Below, piece after piece: positions 1 through 9,738 of a stretch of 64,000 nucleotides of DNA (positions are counted from its first letter, which is position 1; each line of letters opens with the position of its first letter). The stretch is taken from contig OZ223264.1 in assembly GCA_965140585.1 (NCBI GenBank), forward strand, positions 320,001 to 384,000. The letters run 5' to 3'. The position numbers and the translations under genes were made by a program. The stretch is from Spirochaetia bacterium. Lineage in GTDB: Bacteria; Spirochaetota; Spirochaetia; UBA9216. The notes under the pieces were generated by a model. It was not told the DNA's origin and searched no databases. It worked only from the letters and a program-made list of their open reading frames with translations.

Positions 1-987
1 CGCGGCGGGGTCTTCGCTTCACTGTATGGGACGGTAAAGCTTCTTGACCCCTCCGAGCAGGAGCGTATAAAGGGATTTCTTATCAACAAGTTCCGGGGAG
101 ACCAGAGCCTGCTTAATCCGGGGCTTGATATGCTCGCGGATCTAACCGACGGCCGGCCGACGCTTGGTGTGATTCCCTACATGAAAGACATTGTCCTTGC
201 CCGGGAGGATTCGGTCTACCTGCAGGACAACCGTTCCTTCGGAGAGGGCGGTACCGATATTGCGGTAATCATGCTTCCCCACATATCAAACTACGATGAT
301 TTTGACCCATTCCAGATGGAAGAGGGTATACGATTGAGGTTTGTCGAGCGCCCGGGTGAGCTTGGGAATCCGGCTGCTGTAATAATTCCGGGAACCAAGA
401 TGACGGTTGAGGATCTTAAGTGGATGCATAAAACAGGATTTGCCGCACTTGTACGCAGACTTGCCGAAAACGGAACTGCTGTTGCGGGTATCTGCGGCGG
501 CTACCAGATGCTGGGAAAAGTAATATCCGATCCCGAAGCTTCCGAGGGGCCTGCAGGTGATTACGAAGGCATGGGACTTCTTCCGGTAAAGACCGTTTTC
601 AGCCCTGAAAAAAAGACTGTACAGTTTAAAGGTAAGGTAAAAACCTCTCCAGGCCCTATGAGCAAACTGCAGGGCTTGCCGGTAGAAGGATATGAGATCC
701 ACATGGGACAGACTATTACAGAAAATACCGGTTCAGCCTTTGCTGAAGATTCGGCTGGAAACAGCGATGGCTTCGTGTCTGAAAACGGCAGTGTATGGGG
801 CACCTATATTCACGGAATCTTTGATGAGCCGGAGTTTAGGCGGGGCTGGCTTGAATCACTTGGATGGACAGCCACCGGTACCGGCACCAGTCTTAAGGAA
901 CGCAGAGATCTTGAACTGGACAGGATTGCTGATACTGTGGAAGAGTCTATTGACATAAAGTTTCTGGAAAGGATAATCGGACTGTGA
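1..987 (+). CDS. cobQ: Cobyric acid synthase (5' truncated by window edge)
   Basis: Frame is open from base 1 (RGGVFASLYGT...FLINKFRGD); glutaminase motifs PHISNYDDFDP, GICGGYQMLG, GYEIHMG, GTYIHGIF. Confidence 0.95.
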   Translation, partial: RGGVFASLYGTVKLLDPSEQERIKGFLINKFRGDQSLLNPGLDMLADLTDGRPTLGVIPYMKDIVLAREDSVYLQDNRSFGEGGTDIAVIMLPHISNYDDFDPFQMEEGIRLRFVERPGELGNPAAVIIPGTKMTVEDLKWMHKTGFAALVRRLAENGTAVAGICGGYQMLGKVISDPEASEGPAGDYEGMGLLPVKTVFSPEKKTVQFKGKVKTSPGPMSKLQGLPVEGYEIHMGQTITENTGSAFAEDSAGNSDGFVSENGSVWGTYIHGIFDEPEFRRGWLESLGWTATGTGTSLKERRDLELDRIADTVEESIDIKFLERIIGL

Positions 988-1901
988 CTGTAATAATTGT
1001 TCTTTCAGCTATAATACTTGATATTTTTATGGGTGAACTGCCCAACCGTTATCATCCGGTTGCATGGACTGGAAATCTGATCAGCAGGATCTGGGAGAGG
1101 CGGCCGACCGGTCGGAACAGATTTTTATTTCTGTATGGTATTCTGCTTACCATTGCAGCCTCACTTACTGTGTTTATTGCTGCCTGGCTGGTACATTTTT
1201 TCCCGTATATACCAGGTCTTGTTTTAACAGTGCTTTTTTTGAAGTTATCCTTTTCGATAAGAGGCTTGTTCCGGGCTGCAATTGAAATACGCGGTCTTCT
1301 TGTAAAAGACAAGCTTGAGAACGCCAGAATTCAGACTTCACGTCATCTGGTTAGCCGTTCTACTGAAAATCTTGATTCTTCAGGGATAAGCGCCGCGGTA
1401 ATTGAATCTGTAACAGAGAATCTAACCGACAGTTTTACATCCCCGGTTCTTTTTTATGTGCTTGCCGGGCTTCCCGGGGCCTGGGCCTACCGGGCAGTTA
1501 ATACCTGCGACGCGATGATTGGATACCGAAGGGATGATTACGAATGGGGCGGCAAGTTTGCGGCACGGCTTGATGATGTGCTTAATTTTATTCCGGCCAG
1601 GCTTACAGCAGGATCCCTTATTCTTTGCGGTCTGATTTCCCGAAAGCTCGGGCATGACTCGCTGAAGCTGATACGAAAATCAGCAGCGCTTACCGACAGT
1701 CCCAATGCGGGGCATACGATGGCTGCAATGGCGGTCATCCTGGATATAAAGCTGGAAAAATCAGGGTATTATATCCTTAATGAACAGGGCCGGGCTCCGG
1801 CTCCTGCCGATATCACATCAGCTTTATGGTTCAGTTCTGTTTCCCTTTTTCTGATTACTGTTTTTCTTGCTGGTATTGGAGTCCTTATCCATGGATTATA
1901 A
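984..1901 (+). CDS. cbiB: Adenosylcobinamide-phosphate synthase CbiB
   Basis: HPVAWTG, AVIESVTENLTD, YRAVNTCDAMIGY, AARLDDVLNFIPARLT, SPNAG; GTGA overlap with cobQ. Confidence 0.93.
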   Translation: MTVIIVLSAIILDIFMGELPNRYHPVAWTGNLISRIWERRPTGRNRFLFLYGILLTIAASLTVFIAAWLVHFFPYIPGLVLTVLFLKLSFSIRGLFRAAIEIRGLLVKDKLENARIQTSRHLVSRSTENLDSSGISAAVIESVTENLTDSFTSPVLFYVLAGLPGAWAYRAVNTCDAMIGYRRDDYEWGGKFAARLDDVLNFIPARLTAGSLILCGLISRKLGHDSLKLIRKSAALTDSPNAGHTMAAMAVILDIKLEKSGYYILNEQGRAPAPADITSALWFSSVSLFLITVFLAGIGVLIHGL

Positions 1902-3003
1902 ATCACGGTTCAAGCCCCTGATTCCAGCTGCTCCGGTAATACACGGTGGTCCGGGCCCCGGTGCGGATGATTTAGAAAGTCCTGCTTACAGCAGTTATAC
2001 TGACTTCTCTGTCAGCCTCAATCCCTATCCGGTTCCTGAGTCTGTTCGGGATGCCGCTGCAAGAGTTTTGCATGATGAGGTCTTTTTCTCTTATACTGAA
2101 AGATCTGCTGAGTCTTTCTGCAAAAGGGCGGCTGAAGCTCACAATACACGGGTGAACAGGGTTTCCGCATTTAACGGAATCAGTCAGGCTGTATTCTTTC
2201 TTTCATATCTTATGCTTGATAAGACCTCCAGGGTACTGGTTTGCGGGCCTGCATATTCTGAATATGAGGCCTGTAGCAGGATGACCGGTGCTGCTGTTGA
2301 AACTCTATGGTCTGATGACCGGCATGATTTTATTCCGGATACCAGGCATCTCTGCTCACGTGTCGCTGAATATCAGCCTGAAATACTATGGCTCTGCAAT
2401 CCGAATAATCCCACAGGGAGGCTGATAGATGCAAAGCAGATGCAGTCCATATATGAAGCCTGCGTATCTGCAGGGACTCTGCTTGTTATTGATGAAGCCT
2501 ATATGAACTTTGCTGCTGAAGCTAAGCGCTTCAGTTTTTCGGGCAATGACTGCGTTGTTTTAAGATCGATGACAAAGGATTATTCACTGCCCGGGCTTCG
2601 GCTGGGTTATGTTATCGCACCGGCTGAGATTACCACAGCCCTGAATGCTGTTAAACCGCCCTGGAGTGTGAACGCCGTCGCGGCTGTTGCAGGTATTGCG
2701 GCATTTGATTCAGCAGCAGAATATGAGCAGCAGTGGAAAAAACTACTTGGGGAAAAAAATGTACTCGAGGCGGGTCTGTCAGAGCTGGAATTTCGGATAA
2801 TTCCCTCCGCCGCAAATTTTATTCTGTGCGAATGTCCCGGCGGTGCTGCAGACAGCATCCGGATAATCGATAAGCTGCTTGAACAAAAAATAATGGTTCG
2901 GGACTGCACTTCCTTCGGTCTGCCGGGATATATCAGGCTCGGTGTAAGAACTGCAGATGAAAACCGTTTGCTGGTGAATAAATTAAAAGGGGCTTTAATA
3001 TGA
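1891..3003 (+). CDS. cobD: Threonine-phosphate decarboxylase (PLP class I/II aminotransferase fold)
   Basis: DFSVSLNP, CNPNNPTG, IDEAY, RSMTKDYSLPGLRLGY; cob operon context; ATG at 1891 overlaps the cbiB stop. Confidence 0.85.
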   Translation: MDYKSRFKPLIPAAPVIHGGPGPGADDLESPAYSSYTDFSVSLNPYPVPESVRDAAARVLHDEVFFSYTERSAESFCKRAAEAHNTRVNRVSAFNGISQAVFFLSYLMLDKTSRVLVCGPAYSEYEACSRMTGAAVETLWSDDRHDFIPDTRHLCSRVAEYQPEILWLCNPNNPTGRLIDAKQMQSIYEACVSAGTLLVIDEAYMNFAAEAKRFSFSGNDCVVLRSMTKDYSLPGLRLGYVIAPAEITTALNAVKPPWSVNAVAAVAGIAAFDSAAEYEQQWKKLLGEKNVLEAGLSELEFRIIPSAANFILCECPGGAADSIRIIDKLLEQKIMVRDCTSFGLPGYIRLGVRTADENRLLVNKLKGALI

Positions 3004-3557
3004 GCAGACTCATATTTATTCTGGGCGGAACAAAAACCGGGAAGACCGGCTTTGCCCAGAAGCTTGGAGCTGATGCGCAGAAAACCTCCGGAAAAAATGT
3101 TTCATACATTGCGACCGCAAAGGCCCTTGATGAGGGGATGGAAGACCGGATAAAAAAGCACAGGCAGTCAAGACCGCCTGAATGGCTGACATTTGAGGAG
3201 CCACTTAGACCGTCATCAATTATTGAAAAAGCAGCTGCAGGAGCTTCTGCTGTAATCTTTGACTGTTTCACAATGCTTGCCACTAACATCATCATGCAGC
3301 TGGGCGAAGATCCGGATCGGCAGAAATCACAGGCAGCGGTAACTGCTGAAACCGAAAATATAATCAGGGCCTGCGGAAGCTCCGATTCTGATTCACAGCT
3401 GATAATAATCTCAAACCAGGTTGAAAGCGGTCTTGTGGCACCGACATATCTGGGCGGTTTATTTCAGGATATAAGCGGCATATGCCACCAGATGATTGCC
3501 GCGGCCGCCGATGAGGTTTATCTGATGACCGCCGGAATTCCGCAGAGGCTTAAATGA
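3000..3557 (+). CDS. cobU: Adenosylcobinamide kinase / cobinamide-phosphate guanylyltransferase
   Basis: ILGGTKTGKT P-loop, YIATA, RIKKHRQSRP, ADEVYLMTAGIP. Confidence 0.92.
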   Translation: MSRLIFILGGTKTGKTGFAQKLGADAQKTSGKNVSYIATAKALDEGMEDRIKKHRQSRPPEWLTFEEPLRPSSIIEKAAAGASAVIFDCFTMLATNIIMQLGEDPDRQKSQAAVTAETENIIRACGSSDSDSQLIIISNQVESGLVAPTYLGGLFQDISGICHQMIAAAADEVYLMTAGIPQRLK

Positions 3558-4303
3558 AGCGCCTGATTTATGCTATTAGATTTCTTACTGTCATACCGAT
3601 TCCTTATAAAGAGGGTGAAGACATGAAAGCGGTGGCCGGAGCAACGGTGTTTTATCCGTTTACCGGGCTGCTCATCGGCGCAGTCCTATATGCTGCCGCC
3701 TTGATTCCTGAATCCTTTTTTTCACATACCGTTACATCGGTAATAATTACAGCCCTCTGGGTTATTATCACTGGCGGTCTTCATTTGGATGGTCTGTCCG
3801 ATCTTACCGACGGGCTCGGAGGCGGCCTTACCAGGGAACGGAAGCTTGAAATAATGAAAGACAGCAGGATCGGCGCATTTGGTGTGCTGGCTCTTGTAGT
3901 ATTTCTGATGCTCAAGGCTGTATTTATTATGGAGATTCTGAGCATGAACCCGATGGTTCTGCTGCTGGCTCCGTCTGCAGGCAGATTCTGCACAATGCTC
4001 GCAATATTGATCTTCCCTTCTGCAAGAGAAACCGGGATGGGTGTATTTTTCAAGCAGAACAGCAGAAAAAGAGAGCCGATAATAGCAGGACTGTCCTTCA
4101 TCCTGATTGCCTTGCTTACCTGCGGCATCACCGGGCTGATAGTATCCGTATCGGCTCTGCTTGTGATTATGATATATGCCGCAGTGGTTTCAGGGATTCT
4201 TGGAGGTCTTACCGGTGATGTTTACGGTTCGGTGATTGAACTGACGGAACTTGCAGTTCTTGTTTTCTTCACTGCAGCTTCAGCTATTGCGGGGCTTATG
4301 TGA
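3554..4303 (+). CDS. cobS: Adenosylcobinamide-GDP ribazoletransferase (cobalamin synthase)
   Basis: FLTVIP, TGGLHLDGLSDLTDG, IMKDSRIGAFG, GGLTGDVYG. Confidence 0.95.
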   Translation: MKRLIYAIRFLTVIPIPYKEGEDMKAVAGATVFYPFTGLLIGAVLYAAALIPESFFSHTVTSVIITALWVIITGGLHLDGLSDLTDGLGGGLTRERKLEIMKDSRIGAFGVLALVVFLMLKAVFIMEILSMNPMVLLLAPSAGRFCTMLAILIFPSARETGMGVFFKQNSRKREPIIAGLSFILIALLTCGITGLIVSVSALLVIMIYAAVVSGILGGLTGDVYGSVIELTELAVLVFFTAASAIAGLM

Positions 4304-4938
4304 AAAAGATAGTTTTACTGAGGCACTGCGACAGGCTCGGCAGCGATTACTGTGGAGGCGGAAGCGATGTCTCACTTTCAGAGACCGGCCTGAAAAAGGC
4401 TTCTGATATTGCCCCCTTTCTGGCCGATGCCGGATTTGACGCTGTTTACTGCAGTCCTATGCTGCGCTGCCGGCAGACTGTTGAGCCCTATTTAAAGCTG
4501 ACAGGCATGCCTGAGACTGAAATGGAAGACCTGCGTGAGATGAACTTCGGCGAATGGGAGAACCGTTCCTACGCTGAGCTTGAGTCCTGCGGGGGCAGGC
4601 TGTTCAGCGACTGGATTTCAAATCCTTACGGCAGTGCTCCTCCGGGCGGCGAAAAAATGCAGGGTTTCGAGCAGCGGGTTCTGAAAGCCTGGCAGCAGAT
4701 TATTACGGATGACCGATTCGGCAGCATCCTCGTCGTGACCCATGGCGGCCCGATTCGAACTATTCTGTCCTCGCTTTCGGGGACTATCGGAAGTTCGGAA
4801 AGCAGCAGAAATTTCAGCTGGCAGTTTATAGTCGGGAAGGGAAGGCTGTGTATCATCAATGTTTATGATGATTTAAATACAGCAATTGAATGTACAAATA
4901 TTGAACCGGCCTGGCTGGATCATTATATCGGAAAATAA
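4300..4938 (+). CDS. cobC: Histidine phosphatase, probable alpha-ribazole phosphatase
   Basis: RH(C) motif, SPMLRCRQT, LREMNFGEWE, PPGGE, VTHGGPIR; lies between cobS and cobT. Confidence 0.82.
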   Translation: MKKIVLLRHCDRLGSDYCGGGSDVSLSETGLKKASDIAPFLADAGFDAVYCSPMLRCRQTVEPYLKLTGMPETEMEDLREMNFGEWENRSYAELESCGGRLFSDWISNPYGSAPPGGEKMQGFEQRVLKAWQQIITDDRFGSILVVTHGGPIRTILSSLSGTIGSSESSRNFSWQFIVGKGRLCIINVYDDLNTAIECTNIEPAWLDHYIGK

Positions 4939-4961
4939 GAGTGGGAGAATAATACAGCATA

Positions 4962-5990
4962 ATGGACAAAAATCAGCTTAGAGAAAAAATGCAGCATCAT
5001 CTTGATAACCTGACCAAGCCGGTCGGGAGTCTTGGAGATCTTGAAGATTTTGCGATGAAGATGTCGCTGATACAGGGGGCTGTTCCGCCTGTTTTGAATA
5101 AGAAGGCAGTGTATGTTTTTGCAAGCGATCATGGAATAAATGCCGAGGGTGTGTCGATGTATCCGCAGGAGGTGACATATCAGATGCTGATAAATGTCGC
5201 CGCCGGAGGGGCCGGTATCAGCGTGCTGGCAAAAAACTGCGGATATGATGTGGTTGCAGTGGATACGGGAATACTCACTCCTGTTGACGATTCCTCGATT
5301 ATTGACTGCAGGGCGGGCAGTGGTTCCGCAAACTTTCATGAAACAGAAGCTATGACCGCAGAGCAGGCTTCGCTCTGTCTTGAAAACGGCAGGAAGCTGG
5401 CTCAACAGGCCGCGGATGCGGGATATCAGCTTGTTGCAATCGGCGATCTTGGAATCAGCAATACAACTACAGCCGCGGCCATGGCTATAGCCGGAGGCCT
5501 TGAGGCGGAACTTATCATAGATAAGGGAACCGGAATAAGCGATGAGATGCTTGATAACAAAAGAAGGGTAATTATTGAATCTGTTGAAAAACACGCCCCG
5601 TACAAAGATGCGGAAGATATTATCCGGAAGGTAGGAGGCTTTGAACAGGCTGTAATGGCCGGGTTCATTCTCGGCATGAAGGGACGGGGAATAGCCTGCG
5701 TGATTGACGGATTCCCGGTAACAGCCGGAGCGCTGATGGCCTGGCTTATTGATAATTCTGTAAGTGAATACCTCTTTGCCGGACACAAGTCAAAGGTCCG
5801 CGGTCACAAGGTAATGCTTGATAAAATGGAGCTGTCGCCAATCGTTGATTTTAATATGCGGCTGGGCGAGGGTACCGGTGCAGTAATAGGCGGATACATG
5901 GTAGAGCTTGGAGTAAAGACTGCCTGTGAAATGGCATCATTCGAGAATGCCAATGTTTCCAAAAGCCTCACGGAAGAGGAGAATTATTAA
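4962..5990 (+). CDS. cobT: Nicotinate-nucleotide--dimethylbenzimidazole phosphoribosyltransferase
   Basis: LTKPVGSLGDLE, FASDHG, GDLGISNTT, MRLGEGTGA. Confidence 0.95.
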   Translation: MDKNQLREKMQHHLDNLTKPVGSLGDLEDFAMKMSLIQGAVPPVLNKKAVYVFASDHGINAEGVSMYPQEVTYQMLINVAAGGAGISVLAKNCGYDVVAVDTGILTPVDDSSIIDCRAGSGSANFHETEAMTAEQASLCLENGRKLAQQAADAGYQLVAIGDLGISNTTTAAAMAIAGGLEAELIIDKGTGISDEMLDNKRRVIIESVEKHAPYKDAEDIIRKVGGFEQAVMAGFILGMKGRGIACVIDGFPVTAGALMAWLIDNSVSEYLFAGHKSKVRGHKVMLDKMELSPIVDFNMRLGEGTGAVIGGYMVELGVKTACEMASFENANVSKSLTEEENY

Positions 5991-7485
5991 TCGGAAATGT
6001 AATGGTATAACGGGTAGCCTCTGAGGTGTCGAGGAGTGTTTCCGCTCCAAGCTGGGCGGTCATTGCCTCGATAAGAAGGCTGCCCAGTCCTTTTGTTTTT
6101 CCGGTAAACGGATTTCCATTGTTTTCAACTACTATAGTGTATTTCTCTCCGCTTGTTTTTCCTTCAACAAAAAGAGTGCTTTCAGGTTTTAAACCATACT
6201 TAACTGCATTTGTGAGAATCTCTGTTAAAAGAATCCCCAAATAGCCGGCTTTTTTGTCGGATACCGTAACAGGGTCAATATCTATCTTAAGTTCAACTTC
6301 AAAGCAGCATATTGCCGAAAGGGTATTGGACACCAGCTCGTTTATATAGTCTTCAAGCGGGATGTCATTCAGGCTGCCGCTGTTGTACAGCCGCTCATGA
6401 ATGTCCGAGATAGCATCTATTCTAAGTGAAAGACTTTCAAGCGTTTGCTCGGTATAGGGTCCTTCATTCTGGATTATCAGGCCGATGATCGAACTTATCA
6501 TACTCAGATTATTCTTTACTCTGTGGTGCACTTCTTTTATCAGCAGTTCTCTCTGTTTGTTTAGCTCATTCAGATCTGAATTAACTTTCTGCAGATGTTT
6601 CTTTTTCCTCTGCTGATGGATATACAGACTTGTAAGAATTATTAGAATATAAAGGGTGAAAATTATCAGACTGACAGCCAGTATCCGGTTTCTGACTTCC
6701 TTTATTTCACTGTCGAACCGATTATATGCTATTGCATAAAATGGAAAGCTTCTGGTCTGAATCCTTGCAGATACCCAGGTCTTGCCGTGTTCAAGTTTCA
6801 GTCCGCCTGTTACTTCATTTGCAGTTTCTGAATATAAATTACCGGAGTCTCCCGATACTGCTTTGCCGGAATCTGCAAGTGTTTTAAAATTGCTGTCTGT
6901 AAGACCAAGGTAAAAGGTATTCTGAAAATACGGGTCGTTTTGGAATGGCAGCAGTTTTGATGCTTTTACAGCAATTACAATAATTGCAGTGACAGTGCTC
7001 TCTGAAACAGCAGTTCGTGACAGAATTATCGTATCCGGATCTCCCGCATCAAATGCAGATACAGCTATGTTGAATTTCAATCCTTTTTTAATGTGCATAT
7101 CTGCAGCAGAAGAATATATACTGTGGCCGTAATCAGGAGCGTTGATACTTTTCCATAGTATCTGCATATCAGGCGTGATAATTGCGAGAAAGTCAATTTC
7201 CGGTGAAAGCAGCAGCTCATTTCTTGTCTGTCTTTCTAACGCCGGCGGTATTGAATTGTCCCGGGTTTTGATCCCTGATAGTGAGACGGAGGTAAGTCTG
7301 AGAAGCATATCAGCATTTTCAAGAATCCGGTTAGCCCTCTCTGCAAACAGGGTTGCCTGGTATTCTGTATCGGTTTCCACCTCATGAATAAGCTGAGTGT
7401 ATCCTGTCTTTCCGATTGAAATAATAACCAGTATTGTTAGAATCAGTACAGTCAGAGGAATAAGTATCTTTATTATGTTTTTCAT
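5968..7485 (-). CDS. Membrane sensor histidine kinase (HisKA_2-type) with periplasmic Cache-like domain
   Basis: Two TM segments flank about 240 aa of periplasmic sequence; EVHHRVKNNL H-box, EILTNAVKYG N-box, GLG G-box. Confidence 0.88.
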   Translation of the reverse strand: MKNIIKILIPLTVLILTILVIISIGKTGYTQLIHEVETDTEYQATLFAERANRILENADMLLRLTSVSLSGIKTRDNSIPPALERQTRNELLLSPEIDFLAIITPDMQILWKSINAPDYGHSIYSSAADMHIKKGLKFNIAVSAFDAGDPDTIILSRTAVSESTVTAIIVIAVKASKLLPFQNDPYFQNTFYLGLTDSNFKTLADSGKAVSGDSGNLYSETANEVTGGLKLEHGKTWVSARIQTRSFPFYAIAYNRFDSEIKEVRNRILAVSLIIFTLYILIILTSLYIHQQRKKKHLQKVNSDLNELNKQRELLIKEVHHRVKNNLSMISSIIGLIIQNEGPYTEQTLESLSLRIDAISDIHERLYNSGSLNDIPLEDYINELVSNTLSAICCFEVELKIDIDPVTVSDKKAGYLGILLTEILTNAVKYGLKPESTLFVEGKTSGEKYTIVVENNGNPFTGKTKGLGSLLIEAMTAQLGAETLLDTSEATRYTITFPINNSPLP

Positions 7486-8506
7486 TCTTGGACTTCCTGC
7501 ACCAGTTTCAGAAAGTCCTGATCGATATTGAGAGCCTCTGATATTTCATCTTTTCTATATTAGAATGAGCCTCCAGGCCTCATATTTCTTTGTGGTATCA
7601 GGAAAATAGACAGTAATTCCCTTACTTTGTGCCAGATGTATCGCTTCTTCCTGAGCCTTTTCCGCATCCTTCCTCTGGTTAAGCGCCCGAGCGGTTCCAT
7701 ATATCAGTAAAGGTCTTTTTTTCTTCATTAGACAGCTGGTTCCAGAAATAACTTGAGACAAGAGGTACATACTGAGCGAAATATTCATTATCTGCGTATG
7801 CATATCTGATTCCAAGATTCCAGAGTTCCGCGCTCCGGATTGTTTCAAAGGTAGTCAGAAGTCCGTCTATGGATTTATCTTTTATCCTCTGCTGCAGATC
7901 CGGCCATGGAATTATTATTCCTTCAGCTCCGAATATCTCAACCCGTTTTTTATTAGCTATGCCGCCCGCGACCCTGATTCGGAGATTCCTGAAGTCTTTG
8001 GTTTCTGTAATCTGAGTATCTGTTGTGAATATATGAGCCGGACCGAGATCCATCCACAGTCCCGGGATTTTTACATCAAGGCCGTATTCAATACGCCTGA
8101 TTAACTCACGGCCTCCTTCTTTCTCAAAAAAGGCGTCTATATCGTCACTGTCTGCTCCGTAAAAATCAGGCATGAGCAGATAGCCGATTTCGGGAACATA
8201 TTTGTCGAGCTGCCAGGTTCCGGGTGCTGCCATCTCCAGGTCACCCCTTGCTAAAGCACGGACCACCTCGCTGTCTCGGAAAAGGCCTGCCGAGTGATAG
8301 AATCTTACATCCAGACGGTTCTCAAATGCCTCAGTCAGCTCGGCAGAAAAGGCTTTGACTGCTTTTGTCTGTACATGTGATTCGGTATTTTCAACTGAAA
8401 TCCTGAAGATGAGCCGGTTGTCATCCGAATACAAATTCACAGCTGTTGATAACATTAGAAAATATGTCAGGATTAGAAACCCGAATGTACTTTTATTCTT
8501 CCACAT
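7482..8506 (-). pseudogene. dctP: TRAP-type substrate-binding protein DctP with two +1 frameshifts
   Basis: DctP-like N-part 8506-7679. The C-terminus continues in other frames (ALNQRKDAEKAQEE...; RKDEISEALNIDQDFLKLVQEVQE*) and ends in an ATGA overlap with the kinase start. Removing 2 nt gives 340 aa. Confidence 0.8.
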
Positions 8507-8547
8507 ACCCGAATTTTAATGCCCGGGATTTCGAAAAGCAATAATTT

Positions 8548-9360
8548 TTATAAACGTATTCTATCGTTAAATGCTGTCAGCGCCGACTTTGCACCCTCTC
8601 CCATAGCTATCACTATCTGTTTATAAGGTACAGTTGTTACATCGCCCGCTGCATATATTCCTTTAACAGAGGTCCGTCCATGGGTGTCGATTAATATTTC
8701 TCCGAATTTATTCATGGCAGCGGTATCATTAACCTGCCATCCGATTCTTCCTATTATAATAGCTGTTTTAAGCCCTTTTCTTACAGAGTATATTGCTGCA
8801 GCACAGCCTGCCGGACCTCCCCCGATTACTGCGACAGCAAAATCGGAATGCTCGGCAGCCTTCTCGGTATCACTGAACCCGAACTCTTCCTCAAGGGCGG
8901 AAAGAAGTTCACCGAATGAAGCTCTACCTGAATGAATCATTGACCTTTCATGAAAAACTGCAGGAACCCCCTGAATCCCCAGAGACTCAACTTCATCCCC
9001 GGCCAGATCTCCTACTGTCATAGTATGAATGATGCCGGGATTCATAAGGCAGATCTGGTTAAAGGCCTGAACAACATCGGGGCAGTTTGTGCATGAAAGT
9101 GAGACATAGGTTGTAACAGAGGCTGGAACGTTCAGATTCTTGACTCTGACTGTTATAGAAGCATCCGGCCATTTGCCCTTTCCGTCCGCATTGAGTATAG
9201 CCAGAATCAGGCTTGAAACTCGTGACCGCTTGGAATACCGAGAAAAACAATTCCTGCAGGTTCCATTATTTATGAGAATTGTAAATGACGGAACTGTATC
9301 GGTAGTTCCGCTGTCTCCTGATGCAGCCTCTGTATCAGTTCCTCCTGCTTTTCATGAGCG
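8548..9360 (-). pseudogene. ahpF: Alkyl hydroperoxide reductase F remnant (frameshifts plus large internal deletion)
   Basis: GIPSGHEF/SLILAILN, TYVSLSCTNCPDVVQA and IGGGPAGCAAAIY...QVNDT, joined directly to NKFGEILID...AAGDVTTVPYKQIVIAMGEGAK. The NADH domain and C-terminal CxxC are absent. Confidence 0.88.
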
Positions 9361-9663
9361 GAAATACGGTACGTTCCGCTCTGCCTCGGAGAATTGCTTT
9401 GTTAGCCAGCCTACGCTCAGCGGCCAGCTGAGAAAACTAGAAGATGAGCATGGGCATCCCCTGTTTGAGCGCAGTATCCCGGAATCCGGTTTTTTCCGAC
9501 GGAAGAAAAAACTGAAATTCTGCAGGAACAGCTTCTAAACGGCGAACAGGATGCTGTAATGCTTGCTCATCCACGGCGTGAATTGTGGGATAATCTTGCT
9601 GAAGTAATTCATGAACACTGCGGGGTTGATCTGGATGTTGCCCCGCTTAGCTGGTGTGAGTGA
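9359..9663 (+). pseudogene. oxyR: OxyR-like LysR regulator remnant (three short segments)
   Basis: HTH FRSASENCFVSQPTLSGQLRKLEDE..LFER. In another frame from 9475, YPGIRFFPTEEKTEILQEQLLNGEQDAVMLA is fused to the C-terminal HPRRELWDNLAEVI. No start codon; head-to-head with ahpF. Confidence 0.78.
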
Positions 9664-9738
9664 ATGTTTTCCTCTCTGGATTTCCAACCCTTTATCAAGC
9701 ATGGATAATCTTATATAGTAGAGCTTTATGGAGGAAGT

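Noticed and set aside
4923-5786. 287-aa minus-strand ORF
   Set aside because: Antisense shadow of cobT with no recognisable motifs.
7555-7848. 97-aa ORF as an independent gene
   Set aside because: Its 3' half is the frameshifted continuation of dctP.
9140-9538. 132-aa ORF called on + strand
   Set aside because: Chimera of antisense ahpF sequence and the oxyR HTH fragment, not a real gene.
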